Shown one piece after another: positions 20,401-29,514 of a stretch of DNA of 64,000 nt. The notes under the pieces are model-generated. The model did not search any database, was not told where the DNA came from, and worked only from the letters and a program-made list of their open reading frames with translations. The translations under genes were made by a program, and so were the position numbers. Positions within the stretch are counted from its first letter, which is position 1. Every line of letters starts with the position of its first letter. Origin of the DNA: a virus (lineage: Duplodnaviria; Caudoviricetes); the IMG/VR virus record IMGVR_UViG_3300047545_000339, positions 1-64,000 of that record, one strand, 5' to 3'.

Positions 20401-21777
20401 GGAATTAGTCTATTAGGGGATCAGACAACTGACAGAGAGTATGGAGTATCAGTCCCAATCAATCAAGAAAAGAATTCTGATTATGAAATCAATGCAGTCC
20501 AACTTTGGATGAAATATGATAGAAGATCTCTTCCATTAACAGAATATCCTTTATTTGAGGTTCAGGCTTTAAACAAAACAATAGAGTTTATCGTAAAGTC
20601 AGATGCATCTGGAAAAAGAGGAATGATTACTGCAAGGAATAAGTCAAACAGATTCCTAGAAGAAGGTGTTGTTTTTTATCAAAACGGCATAAGGGTAAAG
20701 AGTCCAATGATTCAGTTTAATCAGTGGGACTCTATTGGGGTATCATTTAAACAAGAACTTTCCTTTAATGAATATACTGGATACGTTAATATATTTAGAG
20801 GGGCAACCTTTAACAATATAACACATTATAAAACAAGCGGTCTTGGAAAAACTTTAGAGATTATTACAAGACCTTGGCGCAGAGTGCTTACAGAAAATGA
20901 TATTGACAACCTAACGTGGGCATCTTGGTATGTTGGACCCAACACAGAAACAAGAACTAGAACAAACATTGCATTTAATCCAAGTTTTGAGTCTAATACA
21001 GATGGCTGGATTGCAAATGGTACTGGAACAACAATAGAAAGAATATCTTCTGATTCAAGATTTGGAGGATACTCTTTGAAATGTACAACTGGATCTGCAA
21101 ATAATTCAGGAGTATTGTTTGCTAATACAAGTGGTCAAAGAATGTCGATATCTCCCAATACATCTTATACTGTTAGTGCATATGTTAAGATTCCACAGGG
21201 ATCTCCAAATAAAACATTGAAACTTAGAATTAGGCAGTATGAGGCAGTAACTGGGGGGTCTGCTTTGCCAGTTCAAGATCAGCAGCCTGTTACTTTTACA
21301 GGATTAGATGGATGGACAAGATTGTTTTATACTTTTACATCCAATTCATCTGCAAACGCTTTAGGAATTGAGATAAGTCAAGAAACTGGAAATCAAGTAG
21401 GCTCTATATTCTATGTTGATGCTGTTCTTATTGAAGACACATCTTCATTGTCACCACAACTAAATAGATACTTTGATGGTGGAACTGCATCCCCAGGAAC
21501 ATTTTTTGAATCGTTGGTATGGAATGGAACAGAAAATAACTCAACGTCAACTGGAGTATATTATGTACCATCAGAAAATAACATTAGACAATGGGTTAAT
21601 GTTTATGCAATAAGCGAAGACATAACTTTTGCTTTAACTCCAGCAGATATTTATAAAGCATTTGTTGGCACAAATGGTTTCGTCATAGATGACAACACTT
21701 CCTTAGTTATAGATGCAGACGAAATGAACGTTTATAGTGACCTTAGATGGTCCAGATATAGCGATACACCAGCATAA
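17425..21777 (+). CDS. Large virion structural protein with LamG-like and carbohydrate-binding (CBM4/9-like) domains
   Basis: EHPIAIYALDD start; SIEFW...FINGEQV LamG-like segments; NIAFNPSFE..TDGW...YTVSAYVK...WTRL...FYVDAVLIE module. Confidence 0.65.
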   Translation: MSTSSNLYANAIFSEHPIAIYALDDNVKYISLISDAQRYFGSGGWSASANNSASVSFNDSPVIPELASPFVDNIYSQISASNVNSDDTIIEWKSPELFSFNELNEELSTFSIALYLYQTSFFVNWYEIGYTYYDNSLGQDVEVVNRVESQEGESWINFDFSFLPSEYDSNSARILIRVNVDSGGTPEDYRFIVNGITVGQWSETSSTESLGQQPSQNSLGYDSLIAYEYGIQENSGYYIVENNKLLAVNEGLPLVYGSQNCTRLYPAINNDRPSMIFPARGFLNPLGKYNEYSIEFWMNIDPNTYETIRIFGNTDTDDGIYVNNAFLSIKVGDNFGSYSVSEWYRPMLVHFILSIDTANIFINGEQVISIPFDRNSYPFSSTEDWVGFYSHQNIEMFSIDCVSFYSYSIPLQVAKRRFVYGQGTSAPEIVAESFDGKSAYVNYSNANYNVNKIYPDTSNWEGGYSNNINKTRTSLSLPNYSLPEIYIGGRNLESLYEDNKIVNELEGDKFFTFRPHVSDGKFVTEGTKWTEPGYIFFDSLGIVDSLSSMYGVFSTKKLEQTSTLMLITRSDNPDRLHVYLDNGTIYYDFNGSTIYSEQIDQIYYDEYSYDLYSQYEFDYEYSYQSGYYYNEIIGWEYSFAFGLKIKDFVNTFGYSLKKFFQSPNNLQVYFGGDGENTFEGKIHSIGFSDLNNANETSDLFLTNGIVDYLEYEFLSNHFATYTLTPIIRFNRYFLDISVSSLWEEYFPLSIFAGYVNNADGQKYYDIDFLQVNLGYPSIYEIVEKLITRFSWSYVELFSEYNFPSQKGYDILDNENLSGYETYEDLTIKNELKTFINTDKSSLKSYITFQLLSEGANEPLSSFPFTRDPYESKIVDADLENDPSNRKRPYLTKFEFVDKTIVFPPKYFDFNDVAAVFHFVFKHEGILSNPLYIRDFEIVSRALDHNTFNAIGSESGMPFYPYTRSGVYYESKTKNPMIISKKRSPYLYLTESSGISLLGDQTTDREYGVSVPINQEKNSDYEINAVQLWMKYDRRSLPLTEYPLFEVQALNKTIEFIVKSDASGKRGMITARNKSNRFLEEGVVFYQNGIRVKSPMIQFNQWDSIGVSFKQELSFNEYTGYVNIFRGATFNNITHYKTSGLGKTLEIITRPWRRVLTENDIDNLTWASWYVGPNTETRTRTNIAFNPSFESNTDGWIANGTGTTIERISSDSRFGGYSLKCTTGSANNSGVLFANTSGQRMSISPNTSYTVSAYVKIPQGSPNKTLKLRIRQYEAVTGGSALPVQDQQPVTFTGLDGWTRLFYTFTSNSSANALGIEISQETGNQVGSIFYVDAVLIEDTSSLSPQLNRYFDGGTASPGTFFESLVWNGTENNSTSTGVYYVPSENNIRQWVNVYAISEDITFALTPADIYKAFVGTNGFVIDDNTSLVIDADEMNVYSDLRWSRYSDTPA

Positions 21778-21779
21778 TC

Positions 21780-21788
21780 TGGTATAAT
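21780..21788 (+). promoter_or_regulatory. Extended -10 promoter TGGTATAAT, predicted leaderless
   Basis: 7 nt before the in-frame ATG at 21796. Confidence 0.75.
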
Positions 21789-21795
21789 TATGACC

Positions 21796-22164
21796 ATGAG
21801 CAATACTAGAAAAGCAAAAGTTGGTAAATCAAAAGCAACTTGGATACCAAAAGGATATGATTGGGGTCTATACTTTTGGAGATTACCAAACGGACACCTG
21901 TTTCACGACGGTCAAGGAAATCTTCTAAACATTCCATCAATGAAAAATGATATTTCAAAGATAGCAGAACTAAGAAAGGCCGCTGCTCACTATGGTCAGC
22001 CAGATGGTGAGCCATGGTTCTATGCTGGAATTAAAAGAGCGACAGATGAAGAACACTCTGAGCAGGTACAAAGACTAAAAGAAGGATATATTCCAAACCT
22101 TAACGATCTTGGTGCGGTTCATGCTGCCCAACAAGGTATTAGACAGCATGGGAATCAAGAATAA
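21796..22164 (+). CDS. Conserved hypothetical protein upstream of the portal
   Basis: Coupled to the portal by TAATG. Start chosen from promoter spacing. Confidence 0.7.
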   Translation: MSNTRKAKVGKSKATWIPKGYDWGLYFWRLPNGHLFHDGQGNLLNIPSMKNDISKIAELRKAAAHYGQPDGEPWFYAGIKRATDEEHSEQVQRLKEGYIPNLNDLGAVHAAQQGIRQHGNQE

Positions 22165-23792
22165 TGCATTACGAAAATATCTATGCATTTGAAGATGAAC
22201 CAATAGAGAAACTAAACGAGTTTAAAGACTCAGATCCATTTTCAAAATCTTGGGAAGACTTAAAATCTTTTGATGGAATTGATACTAACTTTAAGCGTAG
22301 AACAACTCGTAATGAAAATAAAATAGACAAGGTTTATGATGTTCCACGAAATAATCAGGGACAGATATCTCCAGAGTATGCACAGGCAGCAGGGGTAAGG
22401 CCAGTTGGTCAAGATGATACGGGATCAAAGCAGATCAATCCTGGTGAAGTTTGGAGAAACGGTTACGGTATTTTTGACGTAATTACTCCACCATATAATC
22501 TTTATGAACTTGCAAATTTTTATGATACAAACTTTGCCAATCATGCCGCAGTAGATGCCAAGGTACAGAACATAGTTGGTCTTGGATATATGTTTGAAAT
22601 AACAAATCCAGTAAAGTTAAGACTTGAAGATGAAGAAGATGAAGGAAAGGCTAGCAGAGCCAGAAAAAGAATTGAAAGATTAAAGATTCAAACAAAAGAC
22701 TGGCTAGAAAGTCTTAACGATGAAGACAGTTTTATCAACATCATGGAAAAAATTATGACAGATGTTGAATCTACTGGTAATGGGTATATGGAAGTTGGAA
22801 GAAAAGTAAATGGAGAAATTGGCTATATAGGTCATATTCCATCCACCACTATGCGCGTTCGTAGAATTCGTGATGGGTTTATCCAGATTATTGGCGGCAA
22901 GGTTGTGTATTTTAGAAACTTTGGTGCAACTAATCCAAACCCTATAAGTAACGATCCTCGTCCAAATGAAGTAATTCACTTTAAGTCATACTCTCCACTA
23001 AATACTTTTTATGGTGTTCCAGACATTATTTCAGCCTATACTGCTTTGCAGGGTGATCAAATGGCTGCTCAGTATAATATTGATTACTTTGAGAATAAGG
23101 CTGTGCCCCGCTACATTGTTGTAACAAAGGGAGCAACCTTAAGCGGAGAATCTCAGGATAGACTATTTAGATTCCTACAAACTGGTCTTAAGGGTCAAAA
23201 CCATAGAACTCTATATGTTCCACTACCATCTGATCAAGATGGAAATAGTCCAGAGTTTGAGATGCATCCAGTAGAAAACGGTGTACAAGAAGCATCCTTT
23301 GATAGATATAGAACAAAGAATCGTGACGATATCCTTATGGCACACCAAGTTCCTCTATCTAAACTTGGAACTGATTCAGGATCTTTGGCGGCAGCATTAG
23401 CCAATGATAGAACATTTAAAGAGCAGGTAGCAAGACCAGCACAAAGACATTTAGAAAAAATACTTGCAAAGATAATATCTGAATTTACTGATATTGTTGA
23501 GTTAAAGTTGAATGAATTAACCTTAACTGATGAAGTTGCACAATCTCAGATACTTGAAAGATATGTAAAGAATCAGATCATGCTTCCAAATGAAGCAAGG
23601 GCAAAGATAGACCTTCCTCAAATTCCTAGTGGAGAAGAACCACTTGTTCTTGGAGCAAGACAAGCGGCAGATGCAAGAGCAAACACTATGCAGAACCGTG
23701 AAAGAGATGCAGAAAGAACAAACAATGCATCAGATAGTGTAGCCACAACAACAGGAAGAAACCCTCAAGGTGAGGGTAGAAGAACAACATAG
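22164..23792 (+). CDS. Portal protein
   Basis: TGNGYMEV, EVIHFK, FYGVPD, YFENKAVP, AHQVP and NEARA; sits before the protease and capsid genes. Confidence 0.92.
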   Translation: MHYENIYAFEDEPIEKLNEFKDSDPFSKSWEDLKSFDGIDTNFKRRTTRNENKIDKVYDVPRNNQGQISPEYAQAAGVRPVGQDDTGSKQINPGEVWRNGYGIFDVITPPYNLYELANFYDTNFANHAAVDAKVQNIVGLGYMFEITNPVKLRLEDEEDEGKASRARKRIERLKIQTKDWLESLNDEDSFINIMEKIMTDVESTGNGYMEVGRKVNGEIGYIGHIPSTTMRVRRIRDGFIQIIGGKVVYFRNFGATNPNPISNDPRPNEVIHFKSYSPLNTFYGVPDIISAYTALQGDQMAAQYNIDYFENKAVPRYIVVTKGATLSGESQDRLFRFLQTGLKGQNHRTLYVPLPSDQDGNSPEFEMHPVENGVQEASFDRYRTKNRDDILMAHQVPLSKLGTDSGSLAAALANDRTFKEQVARPAQRHLEKILAKIISEFTDIVELKLNELTLTDEVAQSQILERYVKNQIMLPNEARAKIDLPQIPSGEEPLVLGARQAADARANTMQNRERDAERTNNASDSVATTTGRNPQGEGRRTT

Positions 23793-23823
23793 TAACAATT
23801 TGATAAAAAACTAGAAAAACGTT

Positions 23824-23832
23824 TGGTATAAT
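23824..23832 (+). promoter_or_regulatory. Extended -10 promoter TGGTATAAT
   Basis: Intergenic, 9 nt before the ATG at 23842. Confidence 0.75.
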
Positions 23833-23841
23833 TAAGGTAGT

Positions 23842-25116
23842 ATGAATATTTCTAAGGCTCATTGGTCTAGCGACGGTAATGGCATTAAACTATCTATGCC
23901 TATTGCTAAGGTAGATATAGAGAGAAGAACAGTTTCTGGATTTGCTACCCTTGATAACGTAGATCGACAAGGGGATATTGTGCCGTCAGAGGCATCTTTA
24001 AATGCTTTTAAAACATTTCGTGGCAATTTAAGAGAAATGCATCAGCAAATTGCTGTTGGAAAAGTAGTTTCTTTTAAGGAAGATAAGTATTTTGATCCAG
24101 AGACAAAAAAGTTTTATAACGGAGTATATGTTTCAGCATATGTATCAAAGGGTGCTCAGGATACATGGGAAAAAGTTTTAGACGGAACACTAACTGGTTT
24201 TTCTATCGGGGGAAACATCAAAGAGTCAGAAGATGTTTATCAAGAAGATATGGATAAATCAATTCGTGTAATTAAAGATTATGAACTATATGAGCTTTCT
24301 TTGGTTGATAATCCAGCAAACCAATATGCAAATGTCATCAGTATTGAAAAAAATCATGAGGGTGGTTATCTTGCTAAGGCATCAATAGAAAATGTTTTTT
24401 GGTGTAACAGCGATGATCTTGTTCAACTTTCTGCCAACGCCTCTTCCGACTGTCCACGTTGTGACAAAGGTATGCAAAACATAGGGTTTGTTGAGTCCAA
24501 TGATGCAGAAAAGGCAGATGTAGTCAAGACAATTCTATTAAGAATGAAAAATGATGAAAAGGAGGTAAGCAAGATGGCAGAAGAAAATATTGAAACTTCA
24601 GAAACAGAAGAAGTAGTTAAGTCTGTAGAAGAAGTCGAGGAGGCGGAATCCGCTCCCATTGAAGAAGAAACTGTTGCTAAAGCAGACGAGGAAACAAGTT
24701 CTGAAGAAACAGAATCTGTTGAAGAACAAGAAGAAGTAGTAGAGTCAGCCGAAGTTGTTGAAGAAACTGAAAAATCAGTTGAAACAACAAATGAAGATGT
24801 TGTAAAGACTATTACTGAAACTGTAACTTCAGCCATAGAAACTCTTGCTGAGACCATGAAGGCTCTAAACGAAAAAGTAGAAGGTCTTCATAAGACAATC
24901 GCTGGTGTATCCCAAGAGGTTGCTGGCGTTAGCCAAGAGGTCAAAGAAGTTAAGGGTTCATATGAAGAGTTTGGAAAGCGTGTTGATGCAGTGGAAAATG
25001 ATACCGCTTTCCGTAAGTCTGGAGATCTCGGAGAGATTATTCAGGAAGAACCTGTAAGGGTTCACAAATCTCTATGGGGCGGTCGTTTCCTCAACAAGTC
25101 CGACCTATTTAAATAA
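23842..25116 (+). CDS. HK97-type prohead protease fused to an acidic scaffold domain
   Basis: VDRQGD, REMH, GFSIGG and ELSLVDNPAN, then a Glu-rich region and coiled coil. Confidence 0.92.
   Translation: MNISKAHWSSDGNGIKLSMPIAKVDIERRTVSGFATLDNVDRQGDIVPSEASLNAFKTFRGNLREMHQQIAVGKVVSFKEDKYFDPETKKFYNGVYVSAYVSKGAQDTWEKVLDGTLTGFSIGGNIKESEDVYQEDMDKSIRVIKDYELYELSLVDNPANQYANVISIEKNHEGGYLAKASIENVFWCNSDDLVQLSANASSDCPRCDKGMQNIGFVESNDAEKADVVKTILLRMKNDEKEVSKMAEENIETSETEEVVKSVEEVEEAESAPIEEETVAKADEETSSEETESVEEQEEVVESAEVVEETEKSVETTNEDVVKTITETVTSAIETLAETMKALNEKVEGLHKTIAGVSQEVAGVSQEVKEVKGSYEEFGKRVDAVENDTAFRKSGDLGEIIQEEPVRVHKSLWGGRFLNKSDLFK
24574..25116 (+). CDS. Nested in-frame scaffolding protein (internal start)
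   Basis: AAGGAGGT ends 7 nt before an in-frame ATG, exactly where the acidic/coiled-coil region begins. Confidence 0.65.
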   Translation: MAEENIETSETEEVVKSVEEVEEAESAPIEEETVAKADEETSSEETESVEEQEEVVESAEVVEETEKSVETTNEDVVKTITETVTSAIETLAETMKALNEKVEGLHKTIAGVSQEVAGVSQEVKEVKGSYEEFGKRVDAVENDTAFRKSGDLGEIIQEEPVRVHKSLWGGRFLNKSDLFK

Positions 25117-25138
25117 AGAAAACAGGAGGTGAAAGTAA

Positions 25139-26269
25139 ATGTCAGAAGAAATTTTAAAGAATCAGCCATCAGACTCAGGTCAGTACGGTGATCCAAACCC
25201 AGGTTTATACCAAGGACAGGGCGCAGTAGCAGCAGGAGGTATTGGTGGCGTATCAAGCCCCGCTGATGGCGTATTGGGCAATATCCCAAACGCTAACTAC
25301 GGTGTTACATCAGGTCCAAACGCTGTAAATCCTACAGGAACTCTAAGTGGTCTACTCAACCCTGAGCAGGCTAACCGATTCATTGATTATGTATGGGACG
25401 CTACCGTTCTTGCTAACGATGGTCGTAGAGTTACAATGCGTGCAAACACAATGGAAATCGAAAAGGTTAACGTTGGAGAGCGTGTTATCCGTGCTGCTGC
25501 TCAGGCACTAGGTACATATGATAACGCTGGAGCAACCTTTACCAAGGTAGAACTTACTACAACAAAGATCCGCCTTGACTGGGAAGTTTCAACAGAATCA
25601 CTTGAGGATAACATCGAAGGTGGAGCATTAGAAGATCATCTAGTTCGCTTGATGACAAATGCATTTGCTAACGATATTGAGGATCTTGCTATCAATGGTG
25701 ACAATGGAGCAGACCCATTCCTAGGAATTTGGGATGGATTCGTTCATCAGGTTACTAGTGGTAGCGATGCTCATGAGGCAGTAGTTTCTGTTTCCAACAA
25801 CGCTTGGACACCAGAAGTAATGCAGCAGATCATCTATGCAATGCCACGTAAGTACCGCGCAGTTAAGAGCAATCTTAAGTTCTACGCAGGTACAGACGCA
25901 TTCGCTGGTATCGTTGCCAACAATGGAACCCTTGCTGATGCTATTGCAGCAGCATTTGATCCACGTATTGCTGGCACAGAACGCAACCGTCAGGCTTACC
26001 TAGACGGTGCAGGCCAGACACTAGGCAACGCAAATGTTACTCGCGTTCTCGGTATCGATGTTCTTGAAGTTCCCTACTACCCTGCTGATTATGTCGATTT
26101 GACATTCCCCAGCAACCGTGTATGGGGCTTCCAGCGCGATATCACTGTTAACCGTGAGTATCAGGCCAAGAAGGACACAATTGAATACACAGTATTCGTC
26201 CGTCTAGGTATCACATGGGAAGAGCTTGACGCAGTTGCTTATGCAGATGCTTCAGCACCAACTTCCTAA
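25139..26269 (+). CDS. Major capsid protein (HK97 fold)
   Basis: LNPEQANRFID, EDNIEG and EDLAINGD; strong GGAGGTG RBS; biased codon use; position after the protease. Confidence 0.92.
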   Translation: MSEEILKNQPSDSGQYGDPNPGLYQGQGAVAAGGIGGVSSPADGVLGNIPNANYGVTSGPNAVNPTGTLSGLLNPEQANRFIDYVWDATVLANDGRRVTMRANTMEIEKVNVGERVIRAAAQALGTYDNAGATFTKVELTTTKIRLDWEVSTESLEDNIEGGALEDHLVRLMTNAFANDIEDLAINGDNGADPFLGIWDGFVHQVTSGSDAHEAVVSVSNNAWTPEVMQQIIYAMPRKYRAVKSNLKFYAGTDAFAGIVANNGTLADAIAAAFDPRIAGTERNRQAYLDGAGQTLGNANVTRVLGIDVLEVPYYPADYVDLTFPSNRVWGFQRDITVNREYQAKKDTIEYTVFVRLGITWEELDAVAYADASAPTS

Positions 26270-26290
26270 TAATTAAATATTGCACTTGTT

Positions 26291-26317
26291 GGGGGGTAGG
26301 ACAAAAACCTACCCCCC
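26291..26317 (+). terminator. Hairpin after the capsid gene
   Basis: GGGGGGTAGG-ACAAAAA-CCTACCCCCC perfect 10-bp stem. Confidence 0.8.
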
Positions 26318-26329
26318 TCAAGCATATTC

Positions 26330-26338
26330 TGATATAAT
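26330..26338 (+). promoter_or_regulatory. Extended -10 promoter TGATATAAT
   Basis: Follows the hairpin; GGAGGA RBS precedes the ATG at 26364. Confidence 0.75.
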
Positions 26339-26363
26339 TAAGTTTAGACACAGGAGGAAATAA

Positions 26364-26831
26364 ATGGAACATTTATCATCAAAGACCGCAAAAGAATTAA
26401 GGGACTATGCCCTTGAAAATGGTATAGATATCGGAGAAGCAAAAACAAAAACAAAAATTCTTTCTATCCTAATGGATATTGAATCAAACATTACTGTGCC
26501 AGAACAGGTTGTTGCAGAAAATATTATTTCTGTTCCAGAGCCAAAAAAGTCATTTGCTACATCTAACACAAAGTCAAATGAAGATGGAGTAATTACAGTC
26601 AGATCAGCAGAAAAAAACTATCCACCTGTAAAGGCTGAGAAAAAAACTCCAGAAGTTTCTGAAGACAAGGTTGCTGTTTACTCAGAAAAAAATTTACACT
26701 GGCAAGGGGTAGGAAAGTTAACATTTGGTTATAACATTATTACAAGGGAGGTTGCCGAAAAGTGGCTCACAAACAAGAATGTTCGTGAAGCAACACCAGA
26801 AGAGGTGGCCACATATTACGGTAAGGCATGA
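26364..26831 (+). CDS. Hypothetical protein with an N-terminal Rho-N/HeH-like helical motif
   Basis: LSSKTAKELRDYALENGI...KTKIL. Confidence 0.55.
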   Translation: MEHLSSKTAKELRDYALENGIDIGEAKTKTKILSILMDIESNITVPEQVVAENIISVPEPKKSFATSNTKSNEDGVITVRSAEKNYPPVKAEKKTPEVSEDKVAVYSEKNLHWQGVGKLTFGYNIITREVAEKWLTNKNVREATPEEVATYYGKA

Positions 26832-27790
26832 TAATTCTTAGACAGCCATCAGAATTTCCTATTACTCTTAAATATTCTAGTTTAGATCCATATACAGATT
26901 ATGCTTTAAAAATTTATAGCACAAAGTCAGAACTTGTTGCTGAACATGAAGTATCATCTGACGACTATGGAACAATTTCACAACAACTTGATCAATATTT
27001 TGAAAAATTTGATGATGAATATGTTGTAAATGTATTTTCCTTAGATGAAGGGGGAAATCCAGAAGACACTGTAGTAATAGATAATCTTGCTATTAAGCGC
27101 CCATATGTTAATCCATATACATTAGGAGAAACAGAAGGAGAAGATGAAGAGGCAGTCTATAATGAAAGAATTGCAAGGTCAATAATTGACTCTATTACGG
27201 GTGGATTCTATTACACATATGATACTTTAGATCTCGTGGCACTTGGTGGAGATTATCTAGCAATTCCAAATAGAATAAATAGGATAAATCATATATACAG
27301 AAATAATGTTTTAGTATATGATCGTTTTGCTAGTGCTAGCGTTGTTCAAGATACATATTTTGTTACAGCAGACCATGCTGCCATTACCATAAGGCAGGAA
27401 GGGTTATATAATAGATCTGAATCAAAGCCAGTAGATTTACCCTTGGCAGCATCAGACTCCTTTAATCTTTACAATGATTCTGACGATCCAATTGCTGCTC
27501 TTACAAAAGTAAGAGAGTTTGATCTTTTCCCAAATGGATATGACTTCACCATATCAGCAGAGTTTGGATACCCAGTTGTTCCAGTAGACATACAAGATGC
27601 AACAAAGATGCTTATGTCAGATATAAAATGCGGTAAATTAGATTATGTAAATAAATACATAAAAGAATATACAACTGATCAATTTACAATAAAGTATGGA
27701 GATCTTGCGTGGTCTGGAACTGGAAATAGAATTGTTGATCATATTCTTCAGGGATATGCAACTAATTTTTATAAACTAGGAGTTCTATAG
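26828..27790 (+). CDS. Head-tail adaptor (putative)
   Basis: ARSIIDSITG, GYPVVPVDIQDAT and VDHIL; position after the capsid gene. Confidence 0.7.
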   Translation: MIILRQPSEFPITLKYSSLDPYTDYALKIYSTKSELVAEHEVSSDDYGTISQQLDQYFEKFDDEYVVNVFSLDEGGNPEDTVVIDNLAIKRPYVNPYTLGETEGEDEEAVYNERIARSIIDSITGGFYYTYDTLDLVALGGDYLAIPNRINRINHIYRNNVLVYDRFASASVVQDTYFVTADHAAITIRQEGLYNRSESKPVDLPLAASDSFNLYNDSDDPIAALTKVREFDLFPNGYDFTISAEFGYPVVPVDIQDATKMLMSDIKCGKLDYVNKYIKEYTTDQFTIKYGDLAWSGTGNRIVDHILQGYATNFYKLGVL

Positions 27791-28237
27791 ATGGAGTGCT
27801 CTAATTTTTTATTCCCTATGTCTTTTGATGTTTACTATGCAACAGAATGCCAAAACAAATATGGCATGGAAGAAAAAGATTGGAAACTAGATCAAACAAT
27901 AGAAGGATATGCTGAAATACTTGGATCAGTAAGTAAAAATGCACTAAAAACTCAGATGTTTAATCAGTATGAAGATAAGTTAATTGGAAGAAGCAGGGTA
28001 GACCCAAGAATTTCTCTTAACGGAATATACTACCCCATAACCAGTATTTTAATAACAAACATAAGAAATACAAAAACTAATGAAGAGTACTACATTGAGG
28101 TAGCAGGAGAAAGAAAAAAAGAATCCACTATTTATGAAATATTTGCTATAGAACCTTATGTAAATCCATGGAACCAAATAGAGTATTGGAAAATACTTTT
28201 TAATAGATCAGATACTCAGGCGCTGACTGAAATATGA
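27791..28237 (+). CDS. Head closure/stopper protein (putative)
   Basis: Synteny and size; beta-rich. Confidence 0.5.
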   Translation: MECSNFLFPMSFDVYYATECQNKYGMEEKDWKLDQTIEGYAEILGSVSKNALKTQMFNQYEDKLIGRSRVDPRISLNGIYYPITSILITNIRNTKTNEEYYIEVAGERKKESTIYEIFAIEPYVNPWNQIEYWKILFNRSDTQALTEI

Positions 28238-28911
28238 TAGGAATAAGATATGATAAAAGAGATTTCAACAAGGCTCTTAGAAATACAGTGGATTATTCCT
28301 TAGGATTTTTGGACGGAACAAAGGCTGGGACAATTATCTTTAATACTAAACTTGCTCAAATAACAGAAGAATCTCTTAAACAGTATATTGATATAAAAGC
28401 AAAAGCAAATCCAGAATCATTGCATCATGTTTATGAATGGAATAGGGTGGGAGATTCATCAGCCAGACTTTTTGAAATTAAGGCTATTGCAAGTAAAACA
28501 AATATAATTATTACTGGAGAATTTATTGCCTCAGAAAGCGTGAGCGAAAATTCTAATGAGCCATTTGTAGACAAGGCAAACGTAATGGAGAATGCAATAT
28601 CAATTTTAATAGAACCTAGGTCTTCTGACTTCTTGGCTTTTGATGTTAATGGAGAACAGGTTTTTACTGTTAATTCAATATTTATTGACAACCCTGGTGG
28701 AGATCAAGTGGCTGGAAGTTTTGGAAGAGCAGTAAATGATTTTTTTGAGGTTTACTTTACAAGTACAATACTAAAGCAGTCTGGAATATTTGATCAATTA
28801 TCTTTTCCAAAAGAATTTGCTCAAAATTTTGCAGAGGGTGCTAAAATAGGTAGAAGTGCAGGAAGAAAGGCAGGATTAGAATACATGAACATTAAGGGTG
28901 GTTTGCTATGA
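28234..28911 (+). CDS. Neck/tail completion protein (putative)
   Basis: Synteny; LHHVYEW motif. Confidence 0.45.
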   Translation: MIGIRYDKRDFNKALRNTVDYSLGFLDGTKAGTIIFNTKLAQITEESLKQYIDIKAKANPESLHHVYEWNRVGDSSARLFEIKAIASKTNIIITGEFIASESVSENSNEPFVDKANVMENAISILIEPRSSDFLAFDVNGEQVFTVNSIFIDNPGGDQVAGSFGRAVNDFFEVYFTSTILKQSGIFDQLSFPKEFAQNFAEGAKIGRSAGRKAGLEYMNIKGGLL

Positions 28912-29444
28912 GTTTAGAATCTTTGTCAGTTCCTATTCTTGCTGTGAACGGATATTTTTGGGATACCATGAAACAACTTGACCCAACTCTTACACAAAGC
29001 AAAAGATACGGAAGCAAGATACCACTTTTTCCAATTGGAGATTCTACTACTGGTCAAAAGCAATGGGAGAATAAGGCATACTTCCTTTATGACAGAGTAT
29101 TTAGGTTTTCCTCAAGTCCGTTTTATCCAAAAAAGAGAGAAAGTTTTCTTTACTATTTAAAGGCAAATCCTTTAGAAACAATACAGTGGTCTGCTGCTCT
29201 TCAAATTATCCTTGACAGAGAAGATGACTCTGCAAAAGATATTAATGAATGGATAAGAGAAAATGGTGGATGTGAAGAGTATCCAGTGTACTTCCATACA
29301 CTTAGAGTTTATCAAGCCAGATCTGGTGCCCCAAGTGCTGAAGAAATGTTGAGACAAGAATCATCTAGACCACACAACATAACAGAATTTATGATAGATG
29401 TATGCTATCATCATACAAAATCTCTTGAAGATTATTTGTCATAA
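28908..29444 (+). CDS. Tail terminator-like protein (putative)
   Basis: Position directly before the tail tube gene. Confidence 0.45.
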   Translation: MSLESLSVPILAVNGYFWDTMKQLDPTLTQSKRYGSKIPLFPIGDSTTGQKQWENKAYFLYDRVFRFSSSPFYPKKRESFLYYLKANPLETIQWSAALQIILDREDDSAKDINEWIRENGGCEEYPVYFHTLRVYQARSGAPSAEEMLRQESSRPHNITEFMIDVCYHHTKSLEDYLS

Positions 29445-29514
29445 ATTGCTGTATAATTATAAATGAGGAAACACCCCATAGCACAAAAAAAACTATGGAA
29501 AAGAGGTGAAATAT

